NCBI RefSeq assembly: GCF_902713615.1 | Contig: NC_052152.1 | Span: forward strand, 149,594,815 to 149,658,814 | Direction of reading: 5' to 3' | Length of the DNA stretch: 64,000 nucleotides | Source of the DNA: Scyliorhinus canicula | Lineage: Eukaryota | In this document: piece after piece, positions 47,565-60,676 of the stretch | How positions within the stretch are numbered: the stretch's first letter is position 1 | Layout: each line of letters begins with the position of its first letter | Notes under the pieces: generated by a model | What the model was told of the DNA's origin: nothing | Seen by the model: only the letters and a program-made list of their open reading frames with translations | Database searches by the model: none | Program-made: the position numbers and the translations under genes

Positions 47565-48900
47565 GGGACTTAATAATGGGAAATAGGAAATGGCTGAGAC
47601 ATTGAACAGGTATTTTGTGTCGGTCTTCACAATGGAAGACACAAATAACACGCCAATAATTGTTGGCAAGGAGGCTATGGCAGGTGAGGACCAAGAAACG
47701 ATCATTATCACTGAGGAGGTAGTGATGAGCAAGCTAATGGGGCTAAAGATAGATAAGTCGCCTGGCCCTGATGGAATGAATCCCAGGGTACGAAAAGAGG
47801 TGGCGGGGGAAATAGCAAATGTGCTCATGGTAATTTACCAAAATTCACTGGACTCTGGGGTGGTTCCTGCAGATTGGAAAACAGCAAATGTGACGCCACT
47901 GATTAAAAAAGAGGTAGACAAAATATGGGTAATTATAGATTGGGAAGCTTAACTTCTGTAGTGGGGAAAACGCTTGAATCTATCATTAAGGAAGAAATAG
48001 CGAGACATTTGGATAGAAATTGTCCCATTGGGCAGCCGCAGCATGAGTTCATGAAAGGCAGGTCATGTTTGACTAATTTAGTGGAATTATGTGACGACAT
48101 TACGAGCATGGTGGACAACAAGAACCAGTGGATGTGGTGTATCTGGATTTCCAGAAGGCATTCAACAAGATGCCACACAAAAGGCTGCTGCATGAGATAA
48201 AGTGTATGGTGTTACGGGTAATGTATTAGCATGGCGAGAGGATTGGTTAACTGACAGAAAGCAAAGAGTGGGGATAAATGGGTGTTTTTCTGGTTAGCGA
48301 TCAGTGGCTAGAGCTGAGCCTCAGGGATCGGTGTTGGGTCCGTAATTGTTTACAATTTATATAGATGATTTGGAGTTGGGGACCAAGTGTAATGTGTGAA
48401 AATTCACAAATGACACTAAGATGAGTGGTAGAGCCAAATGCGCAGAGGACACTGAAAGTCTGCAAAGGGATATAGATCATTTGAATGAGTGAGAAAGGGT
48501 CTGGCAGATGGAGTACAATTTTGGTAAATGTGAGATCATCCATTTTGGTAGGAGTAACAGCAAAATAGACTATTACATAAATGATTTTTTAAAATTGTAG
48601 CTTGCTGCTGTGCAGAGAGACCTGGGTCTCCTTATTCATGAATTGCAGGAAGTTGGTTTGTAAATTCAGGAAGTAATTAAGAAGACAAATGGAATTGTGT
48701 CCTTCATTGCAAGATGGCTGGAGTTTAAAAGCAGGGAGGTTATGTTGCAGCTGTACAGGGTGCTGGTGAGGCAACACCTGGAGTACTGTGTCCAGTTTTG
48801 GTCTCCTTACATGAGAAAGGATGTAATGGCACTGGAGGGGTGCAGAGGAGATTTACGAGGTTGATTCTGGAGTTGAGAGAATTGACTTATGAGGAGAAAT
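47565..48900 (+). mobile_element. CR1 LINE RT region, degenerate
   Basis: LNRYFVSVFTMED, KSPGPDGMNPRV, VPADWKTANVTP, GRSCLTNL; many stops and frameshifts. Confidence 0.92.
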
Positions 48901-50323
48901 TTACTGTGCCAAGAATGACATCACAGGGAGCCACCAATGACAGAGAGTCTTTGATATGTCAGGAAAAAGCATCTTGCACCATGGAAGATGGTGAGGAAGT
49001 AAGAGGAACTGAACAAGTAATCTTCAGCTGAAAAATCTGGGCTCTCACATATTAACGAACATGATCGACTTCTATCTCAATCCTTTTGCTCTATAATCAA
49101 CTGCATCTATACAATAACAAATCACGAGTCATGTCTCCTCATATTGAAGGGTTACTGTCCACTACTGGAACCCTCGCTGCACATAAAGATTTCCAACTGC
49201 ATTGTGCTCTTAATGCCTTACAGAGAGCCCTACAAACCATGTACACCATTGACTGTAAAGTGCTCTGGAACATTGTGAAATTGTGAAGGATCTTTTCTTC
49301 CTTTGTGTCCTATGTAATTCTTAAGTGCTCTTTTATTTACTTTCATGCTTCTACAAAATGCTCCTCCAGTGGCTGGAACATCAGATGAGGTAGACTGCTG
49401 TGGCCCATTTAAAGTCTCATGAGAGGCTTATAGTTGTGAATCATAGGAACTTGAGTCTGAGAAGGCTTATTTGCTGAGTACAACTCAACATCTGCTATAG
49501 CCGCCTGTCGCAGCTTAATTCCCGATGCAAAGGTGGGCTGTGATTCAGAGGTTGCAAGGGGACAGCGATTCTGTCCTCATGAGAAATTATGTTATTTTGA
49601 ATTAGCACCGTATGACTGCCCCTGCCACTGTACTGTAAGTCAGCTCTCCTGCATGAAAAGAGATGCAAAATCCAAGTTGAACCACTATTCATTTGATTTC
49701 TGGTCTGTCCAATTGGAGGAGACAGTTAAGCCAAGAACCTGCCTGGCTGGAGTATGATCACCTTGAGAGATGATGTGACCTGTGTCACAGATTCCTTGTA
49801 GGGAGCCCTCAGCTGTTACAGCCACTGTAGCCACCACTCACTCCATGCTTGACTGCAGAGGGAAAGGTTACGTTTGTGCAAACCACAGATAAGCAGATAG
49901 TAGATATCACCAGCATTTCCAGCATGTTTTTAAAACTCCCTGATGGGAAATCTATTATTATCCGTTATTGTTTACACCTATTAATCATCCAATTTTTTAA
50001 ACAAGTGGAAACGCTAAAGTCTATATTTCTATTCTCTTCACCATAAACTGATCCCTCTGGTTAACTTTTACATCTTTTTTATCGTCACCTGCTCACTAGT
50101 GGTGCTGTGCACTCAACCTCACGATTTCTGTGCTGGTGCTTTGGCAGGGTAAATGTGAATAATGGTATATTGTGATCAACAGGCTTAATAACAAGGTCAA
50201 AGATTGACCTGGTAAAAAGGACAAGGTTAGGATGCTGTTTTAATGGTAAGTTATTGACAGATTACTGACAATACTACACCACGTTGGGCTGGTTGTATTT
50301 AGATGGCCGATACGGTTAAGGAG

Positions 50324-50555
50324 TGTGGTAGTCACCACTGATGTATATATCAAGTGATTTGTGCTAAGGCCCTGTACTACAGGTACTGGGGTAGTTCCCT
50401 GCCTGCTGGCTCCGCCCAGTAGGTGGAGTATAAATATGGGTGCTCCCCATACAGCAGCCATTTCGGCAGCTGCTGTAGGAGGCCACACATCTTAGTGTAT
50501 TAAAGCCTCGATTGCATCCAACTCTCGTCTTTGTGCAATTGATTGTGCAATTGCA
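50324..50555 (+). mobile_element. Solo LTR (related to 22199-22479)
   Basis: TGTGGTAG...CA ends, TSD AGGAG/GGGAG, TATAAA, ATTAAAGCC and CAATTGAT end motif. Confidence 0.8.
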
Positions 50556-50904
50556 GGGAGAAAGCAAAAACGTACCTAAAATGTGCAAATGAGGGGTGAT
50601 CTAGAAACCCAGGTAGGGGTCAACTACAGACTGTTCTGTTTGGCCATTGCTTTCATTCAGCTCAACACCCGTCGGTTTAATGCAAGGAGACCAAAATCAA
50701 TCCGATTGGTTAAATGGGTTTCACTATCGAGGAGGTGACTATAAGAGGCTCACATTGTCATGAGCATCCAGTGGGGCCTTCTCAGTAATGCATGAGCCAG
50801 CTAATGCAGTGCTCTCTTCATAGCAACATCGCTACGGGGTGGTAACATAGCTCAGGGATTTCCTTGAAGTTGTTCTTGTAACGTGAGTTACCATAACGTG
50901 AACA

Positions 50905-51198
50905 AAAGGTGTGAAACTGCAGAGAAACTAATATCAGAGGAAAAACTGTGACAGATGTAGATGTGGGGGGAGGGGAAGGAGGAAGCAAAGGGGAGAAAGG
51001 GTAACAAAAGGTGGATAAGGTGGGGGAGGGGGGGTGAATCATGCTAGTTTCTCTGCAGTTTGGCCTTTCACATCTTTTGTTCTCTCTGGGGACTGCCATT
51101 AGCACTCTTTCCCCTTGCTTTCTGTCGCTATTAGCACCCCATTTCCCTGGGTTTCTGTGGCTATGACCTGCTGAGGTTTTCCAGCATTTTCTTTTTGG
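50905..51198. repeat. Penelope-derived terminal fragments in inverted arrangement
   Basis: AAACTGCAGAGAAACTA / TAGTTTCTCTGCAGTTT inverted pair; ends GACCTGCTGAG..TTCCAGCATTTTCT like 30650-30680. Confidence 0.5.
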
Positions 51199-52254
51199 TT
51201 AACCAGATAGGTTTATTGAAGAACTGTTAGCTATACAAAGGCTTAATCTAGACTGAAGCAAAGCCTGTGAAGCAGCCAATCACATCACAAACTATCATGT
51301 GGCTAGCCACTTAAAGTGACCTTGCAGCAACATAACAATAACCCCAAATATATAACATTCCACCCCCTTTATTTCTAAACTGTCATAACAACAATTAACC
51401 AAAGTAATTTTACATGGTCATCGAAACACATATATAAGGGCAGGCAATGAATCATGACACAGTAATAATGCAGTTGATAGGAAAGACCATCTGGTGGGTG
51501 CTTATTCCTTACTGTTTGCCTGTGCACTTTAGGGATTTGATTGTTCTTGACCTTAGAGGTATTCTCTGGGTCTTCAGCAGGTGTCTCTACCCCAGTAGCA
51601 GTACAGCCTCTTTTGCAGAAGGAAGATTAGCAGGCGATTCTTCGGCAATCTCGCTTTCTGCTGATTGACCGGAAGTCGCTATCACGCAATCTGGTTATGT
51701 GGATGGCGGTTCACCCTGAGGTAGTTCTGGCATACACAGTCCTGGCAAATTGATGCACGTAGATAATAATTGATTTGTATGCAATTACCACACTAGCTCA
51801 TCTTCAGTTTGTACTGAATAGGAAACAAGGCTGGTTTGAAACAATACAGAAGTAAGAATCCACGTCTCACCTGGCGGTATAGCTGCATGCCAAAATGTGC
51901 CCTCCAAGTCGAAACAAGTATCTTCTGGAATTACCTCCTCTTCTTAAGATTTGCGACTGTGATTCTGTTCTGCTATGTCGGATGTCTCCTGTGATAAAAG
52001 TAGACCAAGTGTAGCTCAGAGCATCCTCTTCAGCAGCAGTAAAGCTTGGGAGCTCTGAGGAGTCGCAAGTATGGTGTTGTGATGCATTGCCAAGAAACTG
52101 CCGATTTAATAAACCTTAGTCCTTGGAGGCTTTCAATGCATGCTTCCAGGATTGGACAAACCTTTTGGTGAAACTATTTGTGGATGGGTGGTAATGTGCT
52201 GCTTTTATGTGTTGGAACCAGTCATCTTCAGATACTCCTCAAACTCCTGAACCA

Positions 52255-52500
52255 TGAGTCAACCACATTGCTGTAGGTCTGGAGTCGCATGTTGGCCAGA
52301 CCAGGTAAGGTTGGCAGATTTCCTTTCCTGAAGGATATTAATGAACCACATGGGGTTTTATGACAATCAACAATGGTTTCATGGTCATCATTCGACTTTT
52401 AATTTCAGATTTTTATCTAATTCAAATTTCACCATCTGCAGTGGTGGTATTTGAACCTGGGTCCCCAGAACAGAGCATTACCACTACTCCCCCACCTCCC
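52255..52500 (-). mobile_element. DeuSINE/SacSINE1-like SINE
   Basis: Homologous to 40270-40610. Confidence 0.7.
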
Positions 52501-52607
52501 CGCAATAATGTCATTGGACCTGAGCTTCAATCACTGGAACATGTTCTATCTGTGAAAATAGAAGATATTTTCACTACTGGATGGGATCTGACCAGCAAAC
52601 ATTATTT

Positions 52608-52831
52608 TATTAAATAAATTTAGAATGCCAAATTCATTTTTTCCAATTAAGGGGCAATTTAGTGTTGCCAATCCATCTACCCTGCACATCTTGGGGTTGT
52701 GGGGGCGAATCCCATGCAAACATGGGAAGAATGTGCAAACTCCACACGGGCAGTGACCCAGAGCCGGGATCGAACCTGGGACACTGGCGCCATGAGGCAG
52801 GTGTGCTAACCACTGTGCCACCGTGCTGCCC
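52608..52831 (-). mobile_element. HE1-like SINE (short-tail type)
   Basis: Near-consensus; direct repeat TCTGACCAGCAA on both sides. Confidence 0.88.
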
Positions 52832-54639
52832 TCTGACCAGCAAGCATAACTATTCATCAGCACTGGCTCTCTGACTGACAATTTGATCTCGTAGGAATGT
52901 GCAGTTAATATTGAAGACCATATTATAGTCTGTTTGCTGCCAATGAAGGAATACCTTTATGTGAACCAAAATTAGTGATTAAGGACCTGTGGTCCATTAG
53001 CAATATGAAGTGACGGCCATAGAGGTATTTGTCACACCAAAAATAATGCTTAGTGCCTCCCTCTCCGACAGAGCGTACTTTGATTCAGCACTTGTTAAGG
53101 TACACAACACAAAAGCTATTGATCTTTCTTCCCTTGAATATAGTATATGTGAAACCACCACCTCAACTCCAGGCAGCAAGGCATGACAGGCAAGTTGTCG
53201 TGGTAGCTTCGGTTTGAAATGTACCAACACTTCTGACTTCTTCAGTGCTTCTTTAACTGACTGATATGCTTTTTTGCACTCTGGTGTACATTGCTGTAAT
53301 TGCTTTGTGCACAAGTTATGTGATGGTTTAAGCAGGGTCACTCGACACAAATTACCATTATAGTTAATTAGCCGTAGGAATGATCTTAACTCTGTTATAT
53401 TAATTGGTTGTGGCGCCTCCACAATAGGCTCCACATTCTTAGGTGCCTTGTGTAAGTCCTGGCTATTGATCACATGACCTAAATATTGGATCGACGTTTG
53501 AAATAACTCACACTTATTGTTCCTGTAGTGGTTGGTAGGTAACCTGCCTCAGCCGGGCCTCAGTATATATCAGTACATATCAGAAACTCACTGTCCATAA
53601 TGACTCCCCCATCCTCCCTAAAGCTTCTTATTTCATGGTCCTGGATGTCGCAATATGTATGCTGACCTATTGCTTTCACTCTCCAAAACACAGCTTCATT
53701 CTTATACCTGAACAGAAACGGATAATAAATGATCGCTGACTAAAGAATCCTTTGTTCTTTTTCATTCATTGCCATTGAATCCAAAGTGCCCTTCGAGCAC
53801 TAAATTCCACCTAGAAACAAAGGAGAATTGGCCTAAAAAAGTATGGACAATAGTCATGAGTAAAGTACGAATGAATAACTGCAAGTAGCAATGTATTTCG
53901 GCTCTCCAAATTTATTTTCATACTGCATAAATTATGCAAATATTGTGCACTATGTAGAAAATCTAGATCCTGTGGACAATTAACTTTAATTCTCCATGAA
54001 GTTGCCATAATCCTTTTCCGACAATTAATCTTTTAGAGCAAATGTCCTCACAACCCAAGATGCTGCCTGACCCACATATTCAGGGAGATAAAGTATTTTG
54101 CTGCAGCATGATTTTTTTTGCCAGATAATTCAGTGGCACAGTTTGAGCCACTGTCCTGTGGAGAGATAGGATGGAGATTTATGCCCCAGCTTCTCACATG
54201 ATTAATATCTGAGCCCACTCAGGCCATTAGGGAGAAGGCCTGTGTAGAAGTGAGGTGCTTCTCCACAGGGAAGAAGGGAGAGAAATATCAGAGGGAAGTT
54301 AAGAACTTCCCCATTAGCCTGACCTCTTGGCTAATCAGTGGAACACTTTAAGAGGGAAAATTAAAGGAATAGGAAGAAACTGTGTAGAGATAGAACATGT
54401 AGGAATAATTGGAATAACTTGATGGTTATTCAGCTGTTTGATTCGTAAGCTTATCCTAATTTTAAAAATCTGGATCAATATTGAGGTAAATACTGTGTAT
54501 TGCGCAGAGAGCATTCCCCGTAAATAATATGTAATTTACTATTTTAATTAAATGGGTATCAGCTTTGATCGCCTTTGTTCCATAAACAGTATTGATTATC
54601 CAGGTCATGTTTGCCATCATTATAAAAGGCTCAAACATC

Positions 54640-54840
54640 CTGGTTTAATGAATAGCAAGAGAATTTGTAATGAACTCTATCCCCTTGTCACCAATTCCAT
54701 TGCCCTCCCAGATCATTGTCTCAGGCTCAACCAGGTTTTTTTCAACCTGGGCATCGTTTTGACCCTGAACTAAGTTTATAATCTATAGCTTATCACTTAA
54801 TCACAAAAGCCACTTCTACCTTTTTCAGCATAGCTCACTA
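54640..54840 (+). mobile_element. L2 LINE fragment
   Basis: SIALPDHCLRLNQ..FNLGIV..PEL-like L2 RT C-terminal remnant. Confidence 0.5.
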
Positions 54841-55009
54841 TTAATCCCGCCTCAACTCAGTTGTGACCCAAACTCCAGTTTTCGCCTGCATTTCTAAGGA
54901 AGGATAGACTTGACTTAGAAGAAGAACAAAAGTTGACCGGCTTGATTCTTGGAATGTGACGGTTATCCTTTGAGAGGGACTGAGTTGAATGGGTCCAGAA
55001 TCTTTGGGA

Positions 55010-55340
55010 TTTTGAAGACTGGGAGGCGATCTCATTGCAACATATCCTGAGAGGGCTTGTCAGGTTCGATACTGAGAAGCTATATTTCCTGGCTGTATAG
55101 TCTAGAACTAGGGGGGATAGTTTCAGCGTTTGGGGATGACCATTTTCAATTGAGATGAGGAAAATTTCTTCAAGCAAAGATTTGGGAATGTTTGGTATTC
55201 TCGACCCCAAAGAGCTATCAACCTTTGAGCATACTCAAGGCTGAGAAAAATAGAACTTTGGGCCTTCAGGGAATCACGGGATGTGGGCATTGATTGAGAA
55301 AGTGGATTTGAGGTCAAGGATTTATCACAACCTTATTAAA
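55010..55340 (+). mobile_element. CR1 LINE 3' fragment
   Basis: RLGGDLIATY...SRTRGDS remnants. Confidence 0.65.
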
Positions 55341-55414
55341 TACACTATATGTCAGTTGTTGCTGGCTTCTGCAGTAAATTGTGGGATTTGTGCCTTTTTT
55401 AAAAAATTATTTTG

Positions 55415-56185
55415 TGGGCTAAGCCAATATTTATTGCCCAACCCGAATTGTCCTTGAGAAGTTGGTGGTGAGCTGCCTTCTTTTTTTTTAAATTTAGAGT
55501 TTCCAATTCTGGGGCAATTTAGCATGGCCAATCCACCTACCTGCACATCTTTGGGTTGTGGGCACGAAACCACACAAACATGGGGAGAATGTGCAAACTC
55601 CATACGGACAGGGCAGAGATTCGAACCCGGGTCCTCAGCGTCGTAAGTCAACACCACCATGCTGCCCCTGAGCTGCCTTCTTGGACCGCTGCAGCCCATG
55701 CATTGTAGGTGCACCCACTGTGCTGTTAGGGAGGGGGTTCCAGGATTTTGACCCATTGACAGTGAAGAAACAAAGATATTTTACCAAGTCAGAATGGTGA
55801 GAGGCTTTGAGGGGAACTTCCAGGTAGTGGTGTTCCCGCCTTAAGTAGAATGCATTTTGCAGATAATAGACACTGCTGCTACTCTGCATCTGTGATGGAG
55901 GAAGTGAATGTTGAAGGTATGGATGTGGAGTTAATAAGGCGGACCACTTTGTTCTGGATGGTATCGAGCGTCTTGAGTATTGTTGGAGCTGCACTCATCC
56001 AGGCAAGTGGAAAGTATTCCATCACACTCCTGACTTTGCCTGGCATGTAGATGATGGGTAGACCTTGAGGAATGAGGAGGTGAGTTACTCACCGCAAAAT
56101 TCCCAGCCCGGGTCCTGGGAATTCTGCTGCAAGTAACTCAGTTCCTGACTCCCCAAAGCATGTCTAACATCTACAAGGCATGTCT
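55415..56185 (-). mobile_element. CR1/L2-clade LINE 3' fragments
   Basis: Homologous to 10560-11100. Confidence 0.75.
55483..55668 (-). mobile_element. HE1-like SINE (short-tail type)
   Basis: Flanked by the direct repeat TGAGCTGCCTTCTT. Confidence 0.85.
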
Positions 56186-56721
56186 GATTTTTGATAATGT
56201 GATCTAACTGTGGATTCTCAACTGTAAGGAGAAACAAACATTCTTCTGCTTTCCGTTAAATGAGAAAGGCATATGGGAACTGAATGGAATCATGAGATTT
56301 GGACTCGTGCTCGTGTGAGGATAAATATTAGCATAAACTGTTTTTGGTGTTATGGAGCATGATTCAGCGTTCACATTGCACCCAGCATGGATCCGGGTGC
56401 ATCAGGTGAATATCGGGAGAGGGCAACATCGAGATTTGATCCAGGCATGAACCATTTTGCGATTCACAAATAACCTTTCCGATGGTGAGTTCCGTATCAT
56501 GCCCCAAAATGACAGGAATATCATTAACCCTCAGTTGCAATCATTTGAATCTCATTAACAAAATTGAAGTTGAATGCAGCGGACTCCAGGGGATAACCTA
56601 ACTACCCAGCGGGAAGTTATGCGGGTGTCATTTAGTACTCCATTTCAAAAATAGGAACCTGGCGCAGTAGCTACTGAGAGGAAGTGAGTAGCCATTTCCA
56701 TTTTCCGACATGCAGTTTAAG

Positions 56722-59056
56722 ACCATAAGACCATAAGACATAGGAGTGGAAGTAAGGCCATTCGGCCCATCGAGTCCACTCCGCCATTCAATCATGGCTG
56801 ATGGGCATTTCAACTCCACCTACCAGCATTCTCCCCGTAGCCCTTAATTCCTCGCGACATCAAGAATTTATCTATCTCTGACTTGAAGCCATTTAGCGTC
56901 CCGGCCTCCACTGCATTCCGCGGCAATGAATTCCACAGGCCCACCACTCTCTGGCTGGAGAAATGTCTCCACATTTCTGTTCTGAATTTACCCCCTCTAA
57001 TTCTAAGGCTGTGCCCACGGGTCCTCGTCTCCTCGCCTAACGGAAACAGTTTCTTTGCGTCCACCCTTTCTAAGCCATGTATTATCTTGTAAGTTTCTAT
57101 TAGATCTCCCCTTAACCTTCTAAACTCCAAAGAATACAATCCCAGGATCCTCAGCCGTTCATCATATGTTAGACCTGCCATTCCAGGGATCATCCGTGTG
57201 AATCTCCGCTGGACACGCTCCAGTGCCAGTATGTCCTTCCTGAGATGTGGGGCCCAAAACTGGACACAGTACTCCAAATGGGGCCTAACCAGAGCCTTAT
57301 AAAGGCTCAGTAGCACATCGCTGCTTTTATATTCCAACCCTCTTGAGATAAATGACAACATTGCATTCGCTTTCTTAATCACAGATTCAACCTGCATGTT
57401 TATCTTTAGGGAATCCTCGACTAGCACTCCCAGATCCCCTTGTACTTTGGCTTTATGAATTTTCTCACCGTTTAGAAAGTAGTCTATGCTTGGATTCTTT
57501 TTTCCAAAGTGCAAGACCTCACATTTTCTCACGTTGAATTGCATCAGCCATTTCCTGCACCACTCTCCCAAACTGTCTAGATCCTTCTGCAGCCTCCCCA
57601 CTTCCTCAGCACTACCTGCCTGACCACCTAACTTCGTATCATCGGCAAACTTCGCTAGTATGCCCCCAGTCCCTTCATCCAGATCATTAATATATATGGT
57701 GAACAGCTGCGGCCCCAATACTGAACCCTGTGGGACACCACTGGTCACCGGCTGCCATTCCGAAAAATAACCTTTTATCCCAACTCTCTGCCTTCTGTCA
57801 GACAGCCAATCCTCAACCCATGCCAGTAGCTCACCTCGAACACCATGGGCCCTCACCTTACTCAGCAGCCTCCTGTGTGGCACCTTATCAAAGGCCTTTT
57901 GGAAATCCAGATAGACCACATCCACTGGGTTTCCCTGGTCTAACCTACTTGTCACCTCCTCAAAGAATTCTAACAGGTTCGTCAGGCACGACCTCCCCTT
58001 ACTAAATCCATGTTGACTTGTTCTAATCCGACCCTGCTCTTCTAAGAATTTAGAAATCTCATCCTTAACGATCGATTCTAGAATTTTACCAACGACCAAG
58101 GTTAGGCTAATTGGCCTATAATTTTCCATCTTTTGTCTTGATCCTTTCTTGAACAAGGGGGTTACAACAGTGATCTTCCAATTGTCTGGGACTTTCCCTG
58201 ACTCCAGTGATTTATGAAAGATCTCAACCAACGCTTCCACTATTTCTTCAGCCACCTCCCTCAGAACTCTAGGATGTAGCCCATCGGGGCCAGGAGATTT
58301 GTCAATTTTAAGACCTTTTAGCTTTTTTAGCACCATCTCTTTTGTAATGGCAACCATACTCAACTCAGCCCCCTGACCCTCTATAATTTTTGGGATATTA
58401 CTCATGTCTTCCACTGTGAAGACAGACGCAAAGTACTTATTAAGTTCTCCAGCCATTTCCTCGTCTCCCATCACTAGCCTTCCAGAATCAGTTTGAATTG
58501 GCCCAATGTCTACTTTGGCCTGTCGTTTGTTTCTTATGTATTGAAAGAAACTTTTACTATCATTTCTTATATTACTGGCTAGCCTGCCTTCATATTTGAT
58601 CCTCTCCTTCCTTATTTGTCTCTTTGTTAACCTCTGTTTGTTTTTGTAGCCTTCCCAATCTTCTGATTTCCAAGTGCTTTTGGCCACTTTATAGGATCTC
58701 TCTTTTTCTTTGATACATTTCCTGACCTCCTTTGTCAGCCATGGCTGTCTAATCCCTCCCCGGATAATCTTTCTTTTCTTAGGGATGAACCTCTGTACAG
58801 TGTCCTCAATTATGCATACAAACTCCTGCCATTTTTGCTCTGCTGTCTTCCCCACTAGGGTCTGCTTCCAGTCGATTTTCGCCAGTTCCTCTCTCATGCC
58901 CTCGTAATTACCTTTATTTAACTGTAACACCATTACATCCGATTTTGCCTTCTCTCTTTCAAACTGCAGACTGAACTCAACCATATTATGATCGCTGCTT
59001 CCTAAGTGTTCCCTTACTTTAAGATCTTTTATAAAGTCTGGTTCATTACATAGCAC
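56722..59056 (-). mobile_element. Young 5'-truncated CR1 LINE
   Basis: (TCTTATGG)n 3' tail; TAAG at both junctions; uninterrupted ORF2. Confidence 0.95.
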
Positions 59057-59059
59057 TAA
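56810..59059 (-). CDS. CR1 ORF2, partial (end of APE domain plus complete reverse transcriptase); no native start codon
   Basis: About 750 codons without a stop: HLGSSDHN, KSPGPDG, NYRPISLT, LDFQKAFD, GVPQGSVLGP, KFADD, WNSLP. The ORF-track start at 59065 lies in flanking DNA. Confidence 0.93.
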   Translation of the reverse strand, partial: LVLCNEPDFIKDLKVREHLGSSDHNMVEFSLQFEREKAKSDVMVLQLNKGNYEGMREELAKIDWKQTLVGKTAEQKWQEFVCIIEDTVQRFIPKKRKIIRGGIRQPWLTKEVRKCIKEKERSYKVAKSTWKSEDWEGYKNKQRLTKRQIRKERIKYEGRLASNIRNDSKSFFQYIRNKRQAKVDIGPIQTDSGRLVMGDEEMAGELNKYFASVFTVEDMSNIPKIIEGQGAELSMVAITKEMVLKKLKGLKIDKSPGPDGLHPRVLREVAEEIVEALVEIFHKSLESGKVPDNWKITVVTPLFKKGSRQKMENYRPISLTLVVGKILESIVKDEISKFLEEQGRIRTSQHGFSKGRSCLTNLLEFFEEVTSRLDQGNPVDVVYLDFQKAFDKVPHRRLLSKVRAHGVRGELLAWVEDWLSDRRQRVGIKGYFSEWQPVTSGVPQGSVLGPQLFTIYINDLDEGTGGILAKFADDTKLGGQAGSAEEVGRLQKDLDSLGEWCRKWLMQFNVRKCEVLHFGKKNPSIDYFLNGEKIHKAKVQGDLGVLVEDSLKINMQVESVIKKANAMLSFISRGLEYKSSDVLLSLYKALVRPHLEYCVQFWAPHLRKDILALERVQRRFTRMIPGMAGLTYDERLRILGLYSLEFRRLRGDLIETYKIIHGLERVDAKKLFPLGEETRTRGHSLRIRGGKFRTEMWRHFSSQRVVGLWNSLPRNAVEAGTLNGFKSEIDKFLMSRGIKGYGENAGRWS

Positions 59060-59699
59060 GGGCACTGGAATTGCTGCTCAGTGCTCGGGGGTGGGCGGGA
59101 GGAAGGATGAATGGGGGGATGGGTGTGGTATGGGGAGGGGGGACCCCTCAGGGGCTAGGGTTGCTCAGGGGGCTGAAGAGTTTCAAGTCAGGGGCCACCC
59201 CTGAGCCGGGGTGGGGCTGAGCGGCTTTGCGTCTGTGAGGCTTGCAAACCATCTTTACATATTGTGGAGACCCATAACAGGTGCAACCACAGCTGAAGCC
59301 TGCTTGTCCTATCAAACGCTTCCAAAACAGAATTCTGCTGCAGCTTCTAAACTGAAATTCAATTGTCACCCCTTTTGACTCTGAGCAGCCTCTAGCTTCA
59401 TAGCTGAATGCGGTTTCAAATGATGAATTAGTCTTGTTAATTGTGAGAGCATCTCACACTCCTCAATACTCAAGTGCCTCCTCGAGGGCACACATGCCAT
59501 GTCTCAGAGGATTATTAGTCCATGCATGTCAAGCAAACTTTAATGCCTGAACAGTGTGCCTGAACTCTAGAAGCATCAGCACCATAAAGGCAGCTGCCAA
59601 CAAGTAAACACTAAAGAGCAGGTTTTCACCTCTGTGGATCTTCACGTGACCAAATAATATGTGTGTGGATGAGCGGAGGGCAGCTGAGCACGTTATCCA

Positions 59700-59905
59700 T
59701 TTTTAAAAATAAATTTAGAGTACCCAATTCATTTTTCTAATTAAGGGGCAATTTAGCGTGGCCAAACCAACTAGCCTGCACATCTTTGGGTTGTGGGGGC
59801 GAAACCCACGCAGTCACGGGAGAATGTGAAAACTCCACACAGACAGTGACCCAGAGCCGGGATCGAACCTGGTGCAGTGCTACCCTCTGTGCCACCGTGT
59901 TGCCC
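59700..59905 (-). mobile_element. HE1-like SINE (short-tail type)
   Basis: Core and head match the family. Confidence 0.85.
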
Positions 59906-60059
59906 AACACATCATCCTTAATGTTCCCAGTAGAGTTCTGGGGTCTGGGTGCTCCTAATGTATCTGTGGGTGCAGTTTGCAAAGTTTGCCTGCACACCTA
60001 GCTGGCTGGGTGGCGCTCTGAGAGAAGATGGGGCACGTGAAGGAGCAGTTGATCCTCTG

Positions 60060-60676
60060 TCAGTGACTACTCCCTTCTTGAACATTCCCCATGATTTCCA
60101 GGACCCGTTACTCATAGGGGGTGAGGACGTGAATCCCTGGATTCCTCCCCTCCCCCCCTCCCCCCCCCCATTTTGGCTCTTTCTCAATTATTATTTGTTA
60201 TCTGCTCCTGTGGGGACAAAGAGAAGGCATCGTGAGATGCATGCTTGATGGTTTAGTGGGGTCTATAGAAGGTGGCACCACACCTGGACATGAAGGGGTT
60301 GTGCTGGTGGGTGGCAGGGGTTTCTGAGGAACAAGTGCGAGGATCAGATGTGGGAAGGGTGTGAGGTGTCAGCCAGTCGACTGGGGTGGAGTAGGGAGGT
60401 TGGGATTTAGGGGGTGGCAGGTGCAAGTGATGCCAGGAGGACGGTGGTAACTTCCCCTTGTTGGAGGTCATTAGTCTTCTTCTGACATTCAACAGCGGTC
60501 TTCCTGGTCATACTGCCCATACTAACAACTACTACCTCCCAGGTGACATAGCTAACCCTGCTGCTGATGCTCCCACCCACTTGGAGGAACTGAATACACT
60601 GCTTCTCATCCACAGCGTTGAGTCGCCTTGTATGGTTAGCATCCCCAAAACGAAAACCAGGTCTGTATGCTGCCAT
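60060..60676 (-). pseudogene. Harbinger ORF2 Myb/SANT exon 1 and exon 2, decayed
   Basis: MAAYRPGFRFGDA..RRLNAVDE...TWEVV..SMGSMTRKTAVECQKKTNDL; acceptor TCTCTTTGTCCCCACAG followed by EQITNNN*ERAKMGG...IHVLTPYE*RVLEIMG. Confidence 0.72.

Larger units (their letters stand above)
51200..53525 (-). mobile_element. Ty3/Gypsy LTR retrotransposon remnant (RNase H, integrase, PPT, partial 3' LTR)
   Basis: APQPINITELRSFL.LINY...LACHA...ERSIAF...LTSAESKYA..EREALSIIFGV; PPT AAAGGGGGTGGAA abuts TGTTATATA at 51356. Confidence 0.82.

Noticed and set aside
53708-53810. Minus-strand segment with a good acceptor and donor
   Set aside because: Stops in all three frames; a non-coding exon cannot be supported without RNA data.
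56081-56140. 60-bp hairpin TGAGTTACT...AGTAACTCA
   Set aside because: Explained by two fragments of the same LINE abutting in opposite orientation.
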